Below are positions 1 to 8,364 of a stretch of DNA of 42,546 nucleotides, piece after piece; the first letter of the stretch is position 1; each line of letters starts with the position of its first letter. A program made the translations under genes and the position numbers. The notes beneath the pieces were generated by a model. The model ran no database searches. It was not told the DNA's origin and saw only the letters and a program-made list of their open reading frames with translations. Where the stretch lies: positions 1 through 42,546 of the IMG/VR virus record IMGVR_UViG_3300037440_000362. One strand, given 5' to 3'. This DNA comes from a virus. Taxonomy: Duplodnaviria > Caudoviricetes.

Positions 1-127
1 GGGCAGGGGGCTGGAGCTTCTGTAGCTCTTGCACAGCCTGGACAACCCAGTTGCGCATACCTTCGAGGATGTCTTCCTCGGCTTCGCCGCGCTCGGCCTC
101 GAGCATGGCAGCGGTCACGAGGTCAAC
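1..127. repeat. Terminal direct repeat, copy 1 (circular assembly overlap)
   Basis: 1-127 is identical to 42420-42546. It lies inside the portal CDS, and 127 matches a common assembler k-mer size. Confidence 0.95.
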
Positions 128-1726
128 CGTGAGCGGAAGATCCATGAAGGCGTGAGGCGGCGGCCACTCTCCCTTGGAGAGCTTCTCAATCACCCACTCG
201 GCGTGTTCGTGCTGGCTGTTGGCCCGCGCGTCGGACAACTCTAGGTCCGGCAGGGCAAGCAAGCGGCGAGTCTCGGCGGGCGTCAGAGGAACGCCGTACT
301 GCTGCATCTCCAGAACGCGCTGGAGTCGGCCCGAGGGGCTCTCACCAAGAATCGAGGACGCCTGCACGTTGAACTTGAAGCTCTCGGCGTCAACGTCCAC
401 CTTGTCCCACTCGATCGAGTCCACGAAGTCCTCGGACATAAACGCTGTGGGCGCCCCGTCCGAACTCTCGTAGATTTCTCGAGCTACGCGGAGAATCCGG
501 CGACCGATCTCAATATGGACATTCTCGTAACGCTGCTGGCTGTTCGAAAGTCGCTGCGACTGGTTGTCCGACAGCTCTCGCATTCCCACGGCGTGCTCGA
601 CGCCCTCAGGGCGCGCGGCGTGGGCGGCCATGCGGCTGATGCCCGCCATTTCCAAGGCAGCAGAACGGATTCGCTCGCGCTCCTGGTAAATCTCAGGCGA
701 GACAGCTGGTGGGGTAAAGAACTCGGGCTTGGCACCCGTGTACGGCATCACCTGCCCAATCTCGTTCGTGTAGACCGGCAGCATGTTGGCGCCGTGCTCC
801 GCGAGGATCCGGGGAACCGCTACAAGGTCCTGACAAGTGCGGATGAAGTCGTTCAGCTCGTTGATGCGAATCTGGAAGCCGAGCAGCTCCTCCGCGAGGC
901 CTTGTCCGTAGAAGCCGGTAAGCGGGGGCGACCAGGAGTAGAAAACGTGGGGGTAGTGGTCAAGGTCGTACTCCTCGCAGTGGAGGGTTGCGTCCTTGAT
1001 ACACACCGAGTATTTGCCGGGCTCGTCACCACAGGGGAGCCGCCAGGACTCGACCAGGACAGCCATACCGGGCTCTACATTGGTGTACTCGCCGGCATGA
1101 AGCCTGCCCTCGGTCGCGTTGTCGATCGCCTCTTCGTGGTCGGGGTACTTCTCTTTGAGCACCGTCTTGGAGACCAGATGCACCTCGTGGAGATGCAGCG
1201 GCTGACCCGTCGCGGTGACCTCGTTTTCGTCCACCACGATGTTGTCGATCAACACGCGGCGGATGGAGACTTCGCCATCCTCCTCCTCGATGCGCAGAAC
1301 GCCCATCCCCCAGATGCACGCGTCGCGGAACATCATGAAGGTCTTGGAGTAGACGTTGAGAGCCTCGAACATGCCGTCGAGGTACTTCTCGAGCTTCTTG
1401 GCCAGAAGCTGGAACGACCACGGGGCGCCGTCTGTCAGAACACGAACGCGAGGATGACTCTTACCGATCAGGGAGCCGGCGGTGTCCACCGTGCTCTTGA
1501 CCAGATTCTCGGTAACGGAGGTCCAACCGGGGCGCCACGACATGCGCACGCCCGGAGTAAGCCCAGGCTCCTCGCGGTTGGAATAGAGACGCGCGTAGGC
1601 AACATTTGCGTCGTGGAGGTCGCACTGGTCCGCCTGTACAGCCTCCACGTAGGGAAACACGTACTCGTGAACCGTCGTCTCGTCTTCAGCGCGATACCAC
1701 TCGCGCATTTCTTGGCTACGGTCCAC
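1..1726 (-). CDS. Portal protein, N-terminal part (continues across the junction to 42340; about 601 aa in total)
   Basis: Open frame from GTG 1726 (or ATG 1708), read as VDRSQEMREWYRAEDE...ENLVKSTVDTAGSLIGKSHPRVRVLTDG...FRDACIWGMG. It is in frame with the 42340..42537 ORF after removing the overlap. It sits between terminase and scaffold/capsid. It is absent from the ORF track because it runs off the edge. Confidence 0.85.
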   Translation of the reverse strand, partial: MDRSQEMREWYRAEDETTVHEYVFPYVEAVQADQCDLHDANVAYARLYSNREEPGLTPGVRMSWRPGWTSVTENLVKSTVDTAGSLIGKSHPRVRVLTDGAPWSFQLLAKKLEKYLDGMFEALNVYSKTFMMFRDACIWGMGVLRIEEEDGEVSIRRVLIDNIVVDENEVTATGQPLHLHEVHLVSKTVLKEKYPDHEEAIDNATEGRLHAGEYTNVEPGMAVLVESWRLPCGDEPGKYSVCIKDATLHCEEYDLDHYPHVFYSWSPPLTGFYGQGLAEELLGFQIRINELNDFIRTCQDLVAVPRILAEHGANMLPVYTNEIGQVMPYTGAKPEFFTPPAVSPEIYQERERIRSAALEMAGISRMAAHAARPEGVEHAVGMRELSDNQSQRLSNSQQRYENVHIEIGRRILRVAREIYESSDGAPTAFMSEDFVDSIEWDKVDVDAESFKFNVQASSILGESPSGRLQRVLEMQQYGVPLTPAETRRLLALPDLELSDARANSQHEHAEWVIEKLSKGEWPPPHAFMDLPLTVDLVTAAMLEAERGEAEEDILEGMRNWVVQAVQELQKLQPPA

Positions 1727-1729
1727 TGT

Positions 1730-1954
1730 CTACAGTCCGAGTCGGGGGTCTTTGAGCAGCGGGTTCGGCCGCCGGCGCTGGTCTTTCTTGACCTGCGGTC
1801 CCGTGCCTTCGGGTGCTGGTGTTGCCTCCGGGAGAGGCCGCATCGGCTCCGGGCCAAGCAACAGCGCGGTGTTACCGCAAGTGAACGACTGCACGCCTAG
1901 CTGTCGCAGGGTGGTCACCAACTCGCGGAGTTTCTCGATATCAATTTCTTCCAC
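1730..1954 (-). CDS. Hypothetical protein (74 aa) between terminase and portal
   Basis: ORF overlaps the TerL end and stops 3 nt before the portal start. Confidence 0.6.
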   Translation of the reverse strand: MEEIDIEKLRELVTTLRQLGVQSFTCGNTALLLGPEPMRPLPEATPAPEGTGPQVKKDQRRRPNPLLKDPRLGL

Positions 1955-3465
1955 CAGGGCGTCTCCCTCTCCGCAACCAGTTGCTGGCGGTACTTTTCTT
2001 CTTCAGCCGCCTCGCGGGCTTTCCACCAGTCGGGCGAGCCTTCCTCGAGCTCAACCTCCCGCTCACGGGCCAGGTGGTGGAAGACGTAGCGCCACAGATA
2101 GAGCGCGGCGTCACTCGCGTGGTCATCACAAGCGGGGTCCACCTTGCTATGCTCGGCGTCCGCCCACTGCGCTGTCCGCCACTCCTCCGCGAGGGGTCCC
2201 GAGGGGTCAAGACGGACTCGACCGGCCAGGATGTCGCTGTTGAGCAGCTTGATATGGTCGCACTTGTCCCGCTTGCGGGCTGCGATGCACGGAATGCCGT
2301 AGGTTCGGCTCAGTGCCTCGAGAATCGTCTTCCCGAGACCCCCAGAGTCGGCCACGCGGGTGTCGAACACCCCATAGATTTGCTCCAGCTCGCGGACACG
2401 CTGCGCGATGTCCTCCGGGAGCATCTGGCTGTGCTTCTCGGCGTGAACGAAGAACAGCGACGGGTGGGTTGGGCTCCAGGCTCCGACCACGAACGCCGTG
2501 TCATCCACGTAGCCGAAGTCGAGGCCCAGAACGAAGCGCCACTCGTGCCCTTCGGGCAACCCGTGGGGCCCGTCGCCCTCGAAGGCCCAGTCACACCGTT
2601 CGTCCTGGACTCGCGTGTACGCGAAGACGAGCGCATCGTCGTCGGGCACCCACTTGCCGCAACCCTCGCGAAGGAACGTGGGATCGTCGTCGGGAATCCC
2701 GTGCTCCTCTTTCTCGGCGAGGACGGTCTCCCAAATCCAGGGGCACTCGGTGTTGTCTTTGGTGGTCCAGGTGTGGACCGACCAGCGGTGACCCCTTTGC
2801 TTCTCCCCATCAGCAGCAAACCGAGCCGTCCACTTCCATCGCTCGCGCTTGGGAATGACGCTCAGGTCGCCAGCGGTTACCGCGTAGAACGGACCCGCGA
2901 GGATCGCCCCAGGAGTACCGACGATGGCCAGCGTGCCCATCCGGTCCAGGAGCGTGTAGTCAAGAATGTCAGTAATCAGCTCGTCGAGCAGGCGCGCACT
3001 GTAGGACTTACCCTCGTCGAGGATGACCAGGTCGAAATCCTGCCCGCGGTACTTGTCGGTCTCTTCCTGTGTGTCCGCGCCGGCGAACAGGATGGTCGAG
3101 CCGTTGTCCAGCTCGCACTCCAGTTCCATGTTGCGGAAATGGGCCTTGACCTCGAAGTCAGCGCAGAGCTTTTTAAGCGGGCGCCAGTAGACGCCTTTGG
3201 CCTGCCTGCGAACCCGGGCCAGGATGAGACACTTGGCCCCCGGTCGGGTGAGGCAGAGGATTAGAGCGTAAGCTAGGGCGGTGTAGGACTTGCCAGCGCG
3301 CCGGGGACAAAGCGCGGCCTTGTGGCGGCACCTGTCTTTAACAAAGGCACGCTGGACGGGGTAGAGTTGCTCAAGGAGTCGGTCCGCGATGCCCGCGTCC
3401 CGCTGCCTCGTGTCCTGATCGCGCTCCCTAGCCACCTCCTGGAAGAGGATGGAGGCGTGGGACAC
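1915..3465 (-). CDS. terL: Terminase large subunit
   Basis: Walker A region LCPRRAGKS; Walker B YRGQDFDLVILDE; coupling motif IVGTP; RNase H-like nuclease GLDFGYVDDTA...DDHASDAALY. Confidence 0.95.
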   Translation of the reverse strand: MSHASILFQEVARERDQDTRQRDAGIADRLLEQLYPVQRAFVKDRCRHKAALCPRRAGKSYTALAYALILCLTRPGAKCLILARVRRQAKGVYWRPLKKLCADFEVKAHFRNMELECELDNGSTILFAGADTQEETDKYRGQDFDLVILDEGKSYSARLLDELITDILDYTLLDRMGTLAIVGTPGAILAGPFYAVTAGDLSVIPKRERWKWTARFAADGEKQRGHRWSVHTWTTKDNTECPWIWETVLAEKEEHGIPDDDPTFLREGCGKWVPDDDALVFAYTRVQDERCDWAFEGDGPHGLPEGHEWRFVLGLDFGYVDDTAFVVGAWSPTHPSLFFVHAEKHSQMLPEDIAQRVRELEQIYGVFDTRVADSGGLGKTILEALSRTYGIPCIAARKRDKCDHIKLLNSDILAGRVRLDPSGPLAEEWRTAQWADAEHSKVDPACDDHASDAALYLWRYVFHHLAREREVELEEGSPDWWKAREAAEEEKYRQQLVAERETPWWKKLISRNSASW

Positions 3466-3475
3466 GAGCTATCTC

Positions 3476-3697
3476 CTAGTCGTCGGTCTTGTCCGGCTCG
3501 GGACAGGTGCCCCTGACATTCGCGTACGGAATCAGCACGACCCCCGGCCACCCAGTTCTGAGGACCTCAAGAAACTGACCGCGGACCAGACGCATCTGGT
3601 ACTTGTCGCTGGTCAGCCGCTTGGGAATGAGGCCATATCGAGAGTGGTATGCGTTACCCAGTTCCGCATGAGTGACAACTTGGTCAGCGCGCGCCAT
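3476..3697 (-). CDS. Hypothetical protein (73 aa)
   Basis: Translationally coupled (TAATG) to the upstream GroES-like gene. Confidence 0.6.
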   Translation of the reverse strand: MARADQVVTHAELGNAYHSRYGLIPKRLTSDKYQMRLVRGQFLEVLRTGWPGVVLIPYANVRGTCPEPDKTDD

Positions 3698-4005
3698 TAC
3701 GCAATCACCAGCCGGTCGAGGGCCGAACGCTCGACGACGGCGAATACCGCCTTAGCCTTAATCAGCGCGCGAACCTCGTCGGGGTCATTGTCGTCATCAT
3801 CGACCAGAAGGGCCTGGGCTCGCGGGTCGAGCAGCACCTCTGCGCCAACGCAGAACTTAACGTCCTCACCGAACGTGATTTCGGGACCGATAGCGACTAC
3901 CTCGTAACGGTAGTCCTCCGCGGTGCCGGGCACGATGATGCCCCCGCGGGATGAAATCTTGATGCGCTTGACCAGCACCTGGTCTTGCAGCGGGAAAACC
4001 TTCAT
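3697..4005 (-). CDS. groES: GroES/Cpn10-like co-chaperonin
   Basis: MKVFPLQDQVLVKR...SRGGIIVP...EVVAIGPE...VGAEVL follows the Cpn10 pattern (PL.DRVLV, GGI.LP mobile loop, VVAVGPG, VGD.V). Confidence 0.8.
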   Translation of the reverse strand: MKVFPLQDQVLVKRIKISSRGGIIVPGTAEDYRYEVVAIGPEITFGEDVKFCVGAEVLLDPRAQALLVDDDDNDPDEVRALIKAKAVFAVVERSALDRLVIA

Positions 4006-4478
4006 ACCTTGTGCTCTCGTTTTGGGTAGCGAGCCAGCTGCGGGCTAAACTTGCCCGAGCGAATGGCCTCTGGGAGAAACCGCGGCTTGGTAGCCGCGCG
4101 GAACGTGTATCGGAGTCGCGGTGTCATCTTCCCGCCGGTGTCATTTAGTAAATGACAAGCTGTTTGACCGACCAGCTGCGAGCCGATGCCCATGTTCCGG
4201 TACATGTCCTTGACGTAGACGTAGTGGAGCAGCGGCCAGGGCCAGCCGCGCTCAAAGCAGACGAAGCCGTACAGCACGTCGGGGTTGCTGGCGGATGCCG
4301 CAACAACCCACTCCGCGCCGCGCTGGCGCAGGTCGGCGATGGTGCCTGTGATGGCTTTCATCAGCCGTTCCCGGGACAGCGCCCCCGCCCACGGGCTGTT
4401 GGCGTAGCTGCGAATCCAAGACTTGAGGATGAACCCCTTGTCCTTGGGCTCCGCGGTGCGGAATCTGACCTCGGTCAT
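4002..4478 (-). CDS. GNAT-family acetyltransferase
   Basis: LHYVYVKDMYRNMGIGSQLV is acetyl-CoA-binding motif A (V...R..G.G..L); N-terminal FRTAEPKD is also typical. Confidence 0.8.
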   Translation of the reverse strand: MTEVRFRTAEPKDKGFILKSWIRSYANSPWAGALSRERLMKAITGTIADLRQRGAEWVVAASASNPDVLYGFVCFERGWPWPLLHYVYVKDMYRNMGIGSQLVGQTACHLLNDTGGKMTPRLRYTFRAATKPRFLPEAIRSGKFSPQLARYPKREHKV

Positions 4479-4975
4479 CGCGTGCCCGGCGCGTATGGGC
4501 CGTCGTCGAAGTGGCCGGCGGGCTTGGGTGGCCCGGAAATCCTGCGTAGCTGCTCGCCCACCGAGTCGGCCAGTTTCATCTGGTACTCGCGGGGCAGCCG
4601 CTTGAAGAAGTCGAGGAACAGCTCCGACTTCTCCTCGAAGCCCATCTTCTTGACCCGGGCGGTCTGGTCCTTCTGATACTGGCGGACCTCGGCAGAGATG
4701 GCCTTCATGGCCTGGGAGAGCTTCAGGGCGTCGGCATTGAGCTGCGGCGACCAGCTCTTGGTGGTCGTGTTGTCAATCTCCTGCTCCATCCGCGTCTGAA
4801 GCTTCTGGAGGATGCCTAGGTTCTGCCCGAGGATGGACTCGAGGGCGCCCAGGGCATCGTCCATCAGATCGGGCCAGATGATGGCATTCTTAGCCGGCTC
4901 GCAGATGGCGCACCCGTCAGGGCGGCCGTAGTGCTTGCGGCACTTGCTACAGCGGATTGCGCTAGGAACTGGCAT
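4475..4975 (-). CDS. Zn-ribbon plus helical protein, candidate terminase small subunit
   Basis: Start moved to ATG 4975 (GGAGG RBS). CSKC...CAIC at the N-terminus is followed by a coiled-coil. The TerS call rests on position upstream of terL only. Confidence 0.45.
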   Translation of the reverse strand: MPVPSAIRCSKCRKHYGRPDGCAICEPAKNAIIWPDLMDDALGALESILGQNLGILQKLQTRMEQEIDNTTTKSWSPQLNADALKLSQAMKAISAEVRQYQKDQTARVKKMGFEEKSELFLDFFKRLPREYQMKLADSVGEQLRRISGPPKPAGHFDDGPYAPGTR

Positions 4976-5342
4976 CAAGCCCTCCCTTCGGGATAGCCAC
5001 CCAGCCGTAGTCGTCGTGTCGGCGATCTGTACGGTCGAGCCTCTCGACCTCGGCCTGCGCCTCGGCCTCTGTGGACCACCAGGAAAGGGGCTCCTCGCTG
5101 TGGTCGTCCACACAGCACCCGGAGTAGCCGAAGACGACAAAGAGTGCGTTCGTCCGACGCCACTCCGCTCGGTTCAGAGCGAGTTTCTCGGCAGCCTTGC
5201 GCTCCCTCTCCGCGACCTCCGCGGGTGTAGGGCGACCACAGTCAACCGCTTTCGCCGCGGCGAGGATTTCCTCCATGCGACCCCTGGTTGTCTCCCGGAG
5301 CACCTCGGCCGCAACGGCCAACGACCTACTAGAAACCGCCAT
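4962..5342 (-). CDS. Hypothetical protein (about 126 aa)
   Basis: ATG 5342 overlaps the methyltransferase stop (TGATG). Confidence 0.55.
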   Translation of the reverse strand: MAVSSRSLAVAAEVLRETTRGRMEEILAAAKAVDCGRPTPAEVAERERKAAEKLALNRAEWRRTNALFVVFGYSGCCVDDHSEEPLSWWSTEAEAQAEVERLDRTDRRHDDYGWVAIPKGGLDASS

Positions 5343-5839
5343 CACTTCACCCACAACAGGCCGGCGTCTCGAAACGCGCCATAAAATCGACCGGAGCCGC
5401 GCTCGCCGTGGTAGACCGCCGCGCTGGGGAATGGTGCCCCTGCGGTTGCCCCGCGGAACTTGATGCGCCCCTTCCAGAAGCACACCACCCGGGCGTTCTC
5501 CACAAGCGTGTGAAACCACTTTGTGTCCGTGCGGGCGGGGACCAGAGTGATGATCTCGGCACCATCACAGGCCTCCACGTCCACCTTGGCCGCCCAGCGG
5601 CTCAGAGCGCGTCCGTACGGCGGGTTGTGATAGACGAGTCCACCGTCCGCCAGCTCGGTCCAGGACGCTGTGAGGCCATCCAGGGCGCTCTCAACGGTCA
5701 GCCACCGGGCCGCACCCACAGGGTTGCTTTGAACCGTGCAGGGGTCCAGGGCGATGGGGGCCACTTTACGGACCCGCTCGAGGACCACGTCCGGCGTCTG
5801 CCAGTCGGGCCGCTCGCTCGAGAACAAGGCTGCGTCCAC
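5342..5839 (-). CDS. Phage DNA N6-adenine methyltransferase (Dam-type)
   Basis: DWQTP, LDPC, NPPY catalytic motif, LVPARTDTKWF, GRIKF, APFPS. Confidence 0.92.
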   Translation of the reverse strand: MDAALFSSERPDWQTPDVVLERVRKVAPIALDPCTVQSNPVGAARWLTVESALDGLTASWTELADGGLVYHNPPYGRALSRWAAKVDVEACDGAEIITLVPARTDTKWFHTLVENARVVCFWKGRIKFRGATAGAPFPSAAVYHGERGSGRFYGAFRDAGLLWVK

Positions 5840-5913
5840 GCAGTCCTCCTCGATGAAAGAGCAAGGGGCCGAAACCCCTGAGCAAGTAGCACGCTACCTG
5901 CGGGTAACTTTTG

Positions 5914-5986
5914 AGCCGGCAGGAGGACTCGAACCCCCGCCCTGCTGATTACAAAACAGCAGCTCTACCAACTGAGCTATGCCGGC
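5914..5986 (-). tRNA. tRNA-Thr(TGT)
   Basis: GCCGGCA-TA-GCTC AGTTGGTA GAGC-T-GCTGT TT TGT AA TCAGC-AGGGC-GGGGG TTCGAGT CCTCC-TGCCGGC-T. Full cloverleaf with one T-T mismatch in the anticodon stem; followed by CAA, so CCA is not encoded. Confidence 0.93.
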
Positions 5987-6004
5987 GAATGACACCGCAC
6001 GACC

Positions 6005-6293
6005 GGGACAGGTGTGCTTAAGTGCCGACGCGGGAGCCCTTCTACCTTCGCGTCGCCTCATCGCCGACGCTCAGGCAACGTCTCATTGCCCGCGCTGGAC
6101 TCAAGCAGACAACCAACACTCTGTATTGGTTGCTGTCTCGTTCGCCCGCTCGGAGTCGCTTATCGCTGCAGCCCAGGAAACATCAACCAGTCTGCAATCG
6201 CTCGCGGGGTTGAAGTACGTTGCGCCGACGTTAGGAGGAGGCGTGTAGCCTCAACCCCTTCGCGCCGTCTCTCAAGCAACTCCTCGCTACCCC
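6005..6293 (-). ncRNA. Candidate ~290-nt multi-branch structured RNA, family not recognised
   Basis: Starts at the predicted TSS of a consensus promoter. The 5' and 3' ends pair, there are at least five internal hairpins, and there is no credible minus-strand ORF. Confidence 0.6.
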
Positions 6294-6301
6294 ATAATTC
6301 T

Positions 6302-6331
6302 ATTATACCAAAAATGGGGATCCCTTGTCAA
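6302..6331 (-). promoter_or_regulatory. Consensus sigma70-type promoter driving ncRNA, tRNA and the downstream minus-strand genes
   Basis: TTGACA (6331-6326), 18 bp spacer, TATAAT (6307-6302), with extended -10 TGn. Confidence 0.85.
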
Positions 6332-6678
6332 GCAACAATCGTACCATATTTTATTCCTCAACAAATACCGCCAGATAAGACTAGACACTCGAGTCTATTA
6401 GGTTCCTTACACTTTCTCTGTCAAAAGAGCCACTTTCTCTTGGGACTCCGATAGGTTAAACGGATACTACCCCAGTAGTAGTCAAAGCAAAGTGGTCAGA
6501 CCAATAGCAGTTCTACGCCCTATCAAAAACATCAGTCTGGCAGCTTCTAACACAGACCGGGACAGTCCACACACCAGTATAGCACGTTGACCTCGGCTCG
6601 AGTAGCCAGCGACCAGGGTACAAGGGTTTACGGGAGGGGTTGTAAAAATGGGTCGAGACAGTGTGGGAGACACAAGAA

Positions 6679-6694
6679 AGCACCGGGCGTGCCA
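6679..6694 (-). promoter_or_regulatory. Sigma54-like -24/-12 element
   Basis: TGGCACGCCCGGTGCT has GG-N10-GC spacing and lies in the non-coding region. Confidence 0.45.
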
Positions 6695-7041
6695 AGAAGG
6701 GGGTACCCCGGGGGTCGAGGCTAACCCCGCGGAATGAGGGCCCCTTGTGAGAGCCAAGGGGGTGGGATCTGGGGGCAGCTGGGAGGCTCGGTAGGTTGGG
6801 CCAGCAAAGGTGCCCTAAGTGAGCGATATCCAGAGCTTCCCCAGCACACTAGATTCCCTCTCTAGTGCGCGAGTCTGTGTTCCCCCTACGATCAGGGCAG
6901 GTTGGGGCGAGCGGAGGCGAGCGGGGGAAAGCCCAAGCCGTTCCGCGGCGTGCCGTTGACTGTGGTGGGTGATCGATCACCCAACTGGCGAGGGGCAAGT
7001 GAGGGGAAAGTGAAACGAGTTTCAGTTTAGGTGGTGGGGGT

Positions 7042-7056
7042 TGGCATGCGGCTTGC
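7042..7056 (+). promoter_or_regulatory. Sigma54-like -24/-12 element
   Basis: TGGCATGCGGCTTGC has GG-N10-GC spacing. Confidence 0.4.
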
Positions 7057-7147
7057 CGTATGGTAGGGGGTTCTGGGGCCACGTCCCCTGTGCGCCTCTG
7101 GCTTGCCTCCTAAGCTCGCCCTGGGGATCGGAGGTATGACTCCGGGC

Positions 7148-7174
7148 AAAAGAAAAGCCCCCAGTGAGGGGGCT
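7148..7174 (-). terminator. Intrinsic terminator of the amidoligase operon
   Basis: AGCCCCC-TCACT-GGGGGCT followed by TTTCTTTT on the minus strand, downstream of ORF 7245..7430. Confidence 0.8.
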
Positions 7175-7244
7175 CTGAGGGGGCTATGTCTGGCGGGCCC
7201 CGGGTTGCTGGGGACGATTGGCCGATGGGGCTAGCTAGCCCGGG

Positions 7245-7430
7245 TTACTTGTCCCGATCCCAGCGCCCAGGCCACGGCATGAATCCGCCAGCCTCGATCC
7301 AGAGATGGAGACCCTCGACAAGCTCGGCCAGGTCGAGACACTCCCTGTGGCTCTCAGTACCCCGCTCGGCACGTTCAAGGATTGCCCGAGCAAGCTCGCG
7401 CTGTTGCAGCCAGTTGGTTACCGGGTCCAT
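7245..7430 (-). CDS. Hypothetical protein (61 aa)
   Basis: TAATG-coupled to the upstream ORF; last gene before the terminator. Confidence 0.6.
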   Translation of the reverse strand: MDPVTNWLQQRELARAILERAERGTESHRECLDLAELVEGLHLWIEAGGFMPWPGRWDRDK

Positions 7431-7633
7431 TACCGGCCCCTTTCTGCGGCGAGAACAAGCTCGGCCAGCCTCAGTGCGCGCTCCCTGGACTCGTCGCCCT
7501 GGACCACTTCCCTCGCGTGGAGTCGAGCGAACCGGTCAATGCAGCATAAGCAGTACTGCTCCTCGACACTAGTTGTAATCGGGTTGGTACACCCAGGGTT
7601 GACACATCCAGGATTGTCACACCGCGGAGTCAC
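7430..7633 (-). CDS. Small Cys-rich protein (67 aa)
   Basis: CDNPGC-VNPGC-TNP repeat and CLCC; overlaps the GATase stop. Confidence 0.55.
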   Translation of the reverse strand: MTPRCDNPGCVNPGCTNPITTSVEEQYCLCCIDRFARLHAREVVQGDESRERALRLAELVLAAERGR

Positions 7634-8364
7634 TTCAATTCCTCCGGTAGGTAGGGATAGGTGGAGTCACCTGACTTGCCACCGAGCCGCTCCTGGCGTG
7701 TCGAGCGGGACTGCTTTTTCCACCAGTCCACGTATTCGCGATCAGACGTGGGCTCCGCGCGGTCGGAGACCGACCCCATCGCGTAGTCACCGATCCGGTA
7801 CTTGTTCGTCCATTCCCAATACACGTTGGAGTAGTGAACGCCAGCACGTTCGTGCCAGTCGCCTGCGAGGATCAGGTGACCCGTTGAGTCAAGCGTCGCA
7901 AGCTTCCCCACGTGCATGTTGTGGACGAATTTGCCGAGCCATTCTCGCCCATGAGTGGCGATGATTCTGGCCATGAGTCGTGTGTCACTCCACGGACCGG
8001 AGGGGAGTGGCGCTAGGATCGCCGCGTAGTCGTCCCAATCGGACCACGTGCCATTGTGAATCAGCACAGGCTTTTTGGTTCTGCCCTCGAGGGCAGTGCT
8101 AGCCCGCTTTTCGATCGGGAACGGGTGACACAGCGCGTCCACGTCGGGACCGGCCGTTGCCAGCCTGAAGTGGATCAGCTTTGGGCCGGCTGCGTAGGAG
8201 CAAACGTCGGCCACGTCCTTTGCATCGAGCCCCTTGATCCAGTGAACGTGGTCATCATCAGCCCACGCAACCCCAGCCCCATCTTGGTTCCCCCATTCGC
8301 ACTGCTCAAGGGTTTCCAGATCCGGTGCCGCTACCCCGCGAGGGACGGCAATCGCAACACACAC
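7630..8364 (-). CDS. Class II (Ntn) glutamine amidotransferase
   Basis: GTG 8364 overlaps the amidoligase TAG and places Cys at residue 2 (MCVAIA). Motifs NQDGAG, HFRLAT, HPF, HNG, SDT. Confidence 0.9.
   Translation of the reverse strand: MCVAIAVPRGVAAPDLETLEQCEWGNQDGAGVAWADDDHVHWIKGLDAKDVADVCSYAAGPKLIHFRLATAGPDVDALCHPFPIEKRASTALEGRTKKPVLIHNGTWSDWDDYAAILAPLPSGPWSDTRLMARIIATHGREWLGKFVHNMHVGKLATLDSTGHLILAGDWHERAGVHYSNVYWEWTNKYRIGDYAMGSVSDRAEPTSDREYVDWWKKQSRSTRQERLGGKSGDSTYPYLPEELK

Noticed and set aside
1-127. 127-bp terminal repeat as a biological terminal repeat
   Set aside because: It falls in the middle of the portal gene and its length matches a typical assembly k-mer, so it is a circularisation overlap.
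515-3264. Long plus-strand ORFs (461 aa and 427 aa), and similar ones such as 40464..41699, 34903..35880, 18127..19287 and 23998..25008
   Set aside because: These are antisense shadows of well-supported genes in high-GC DNA and carry no recognisable motifs.
5987-6300. tmRNA, RNase P RNA or 6S RNA identity for the structured region; plus-strand ORFs 5979..6248 and 6014..6454
   Set aside because: It lacks the tRNA-like ends of tmRNA and the GAGGAAAGUCC of RNase P, and it is branched rather than rod-like. The ORFs oppose the promoter and have no motifs.
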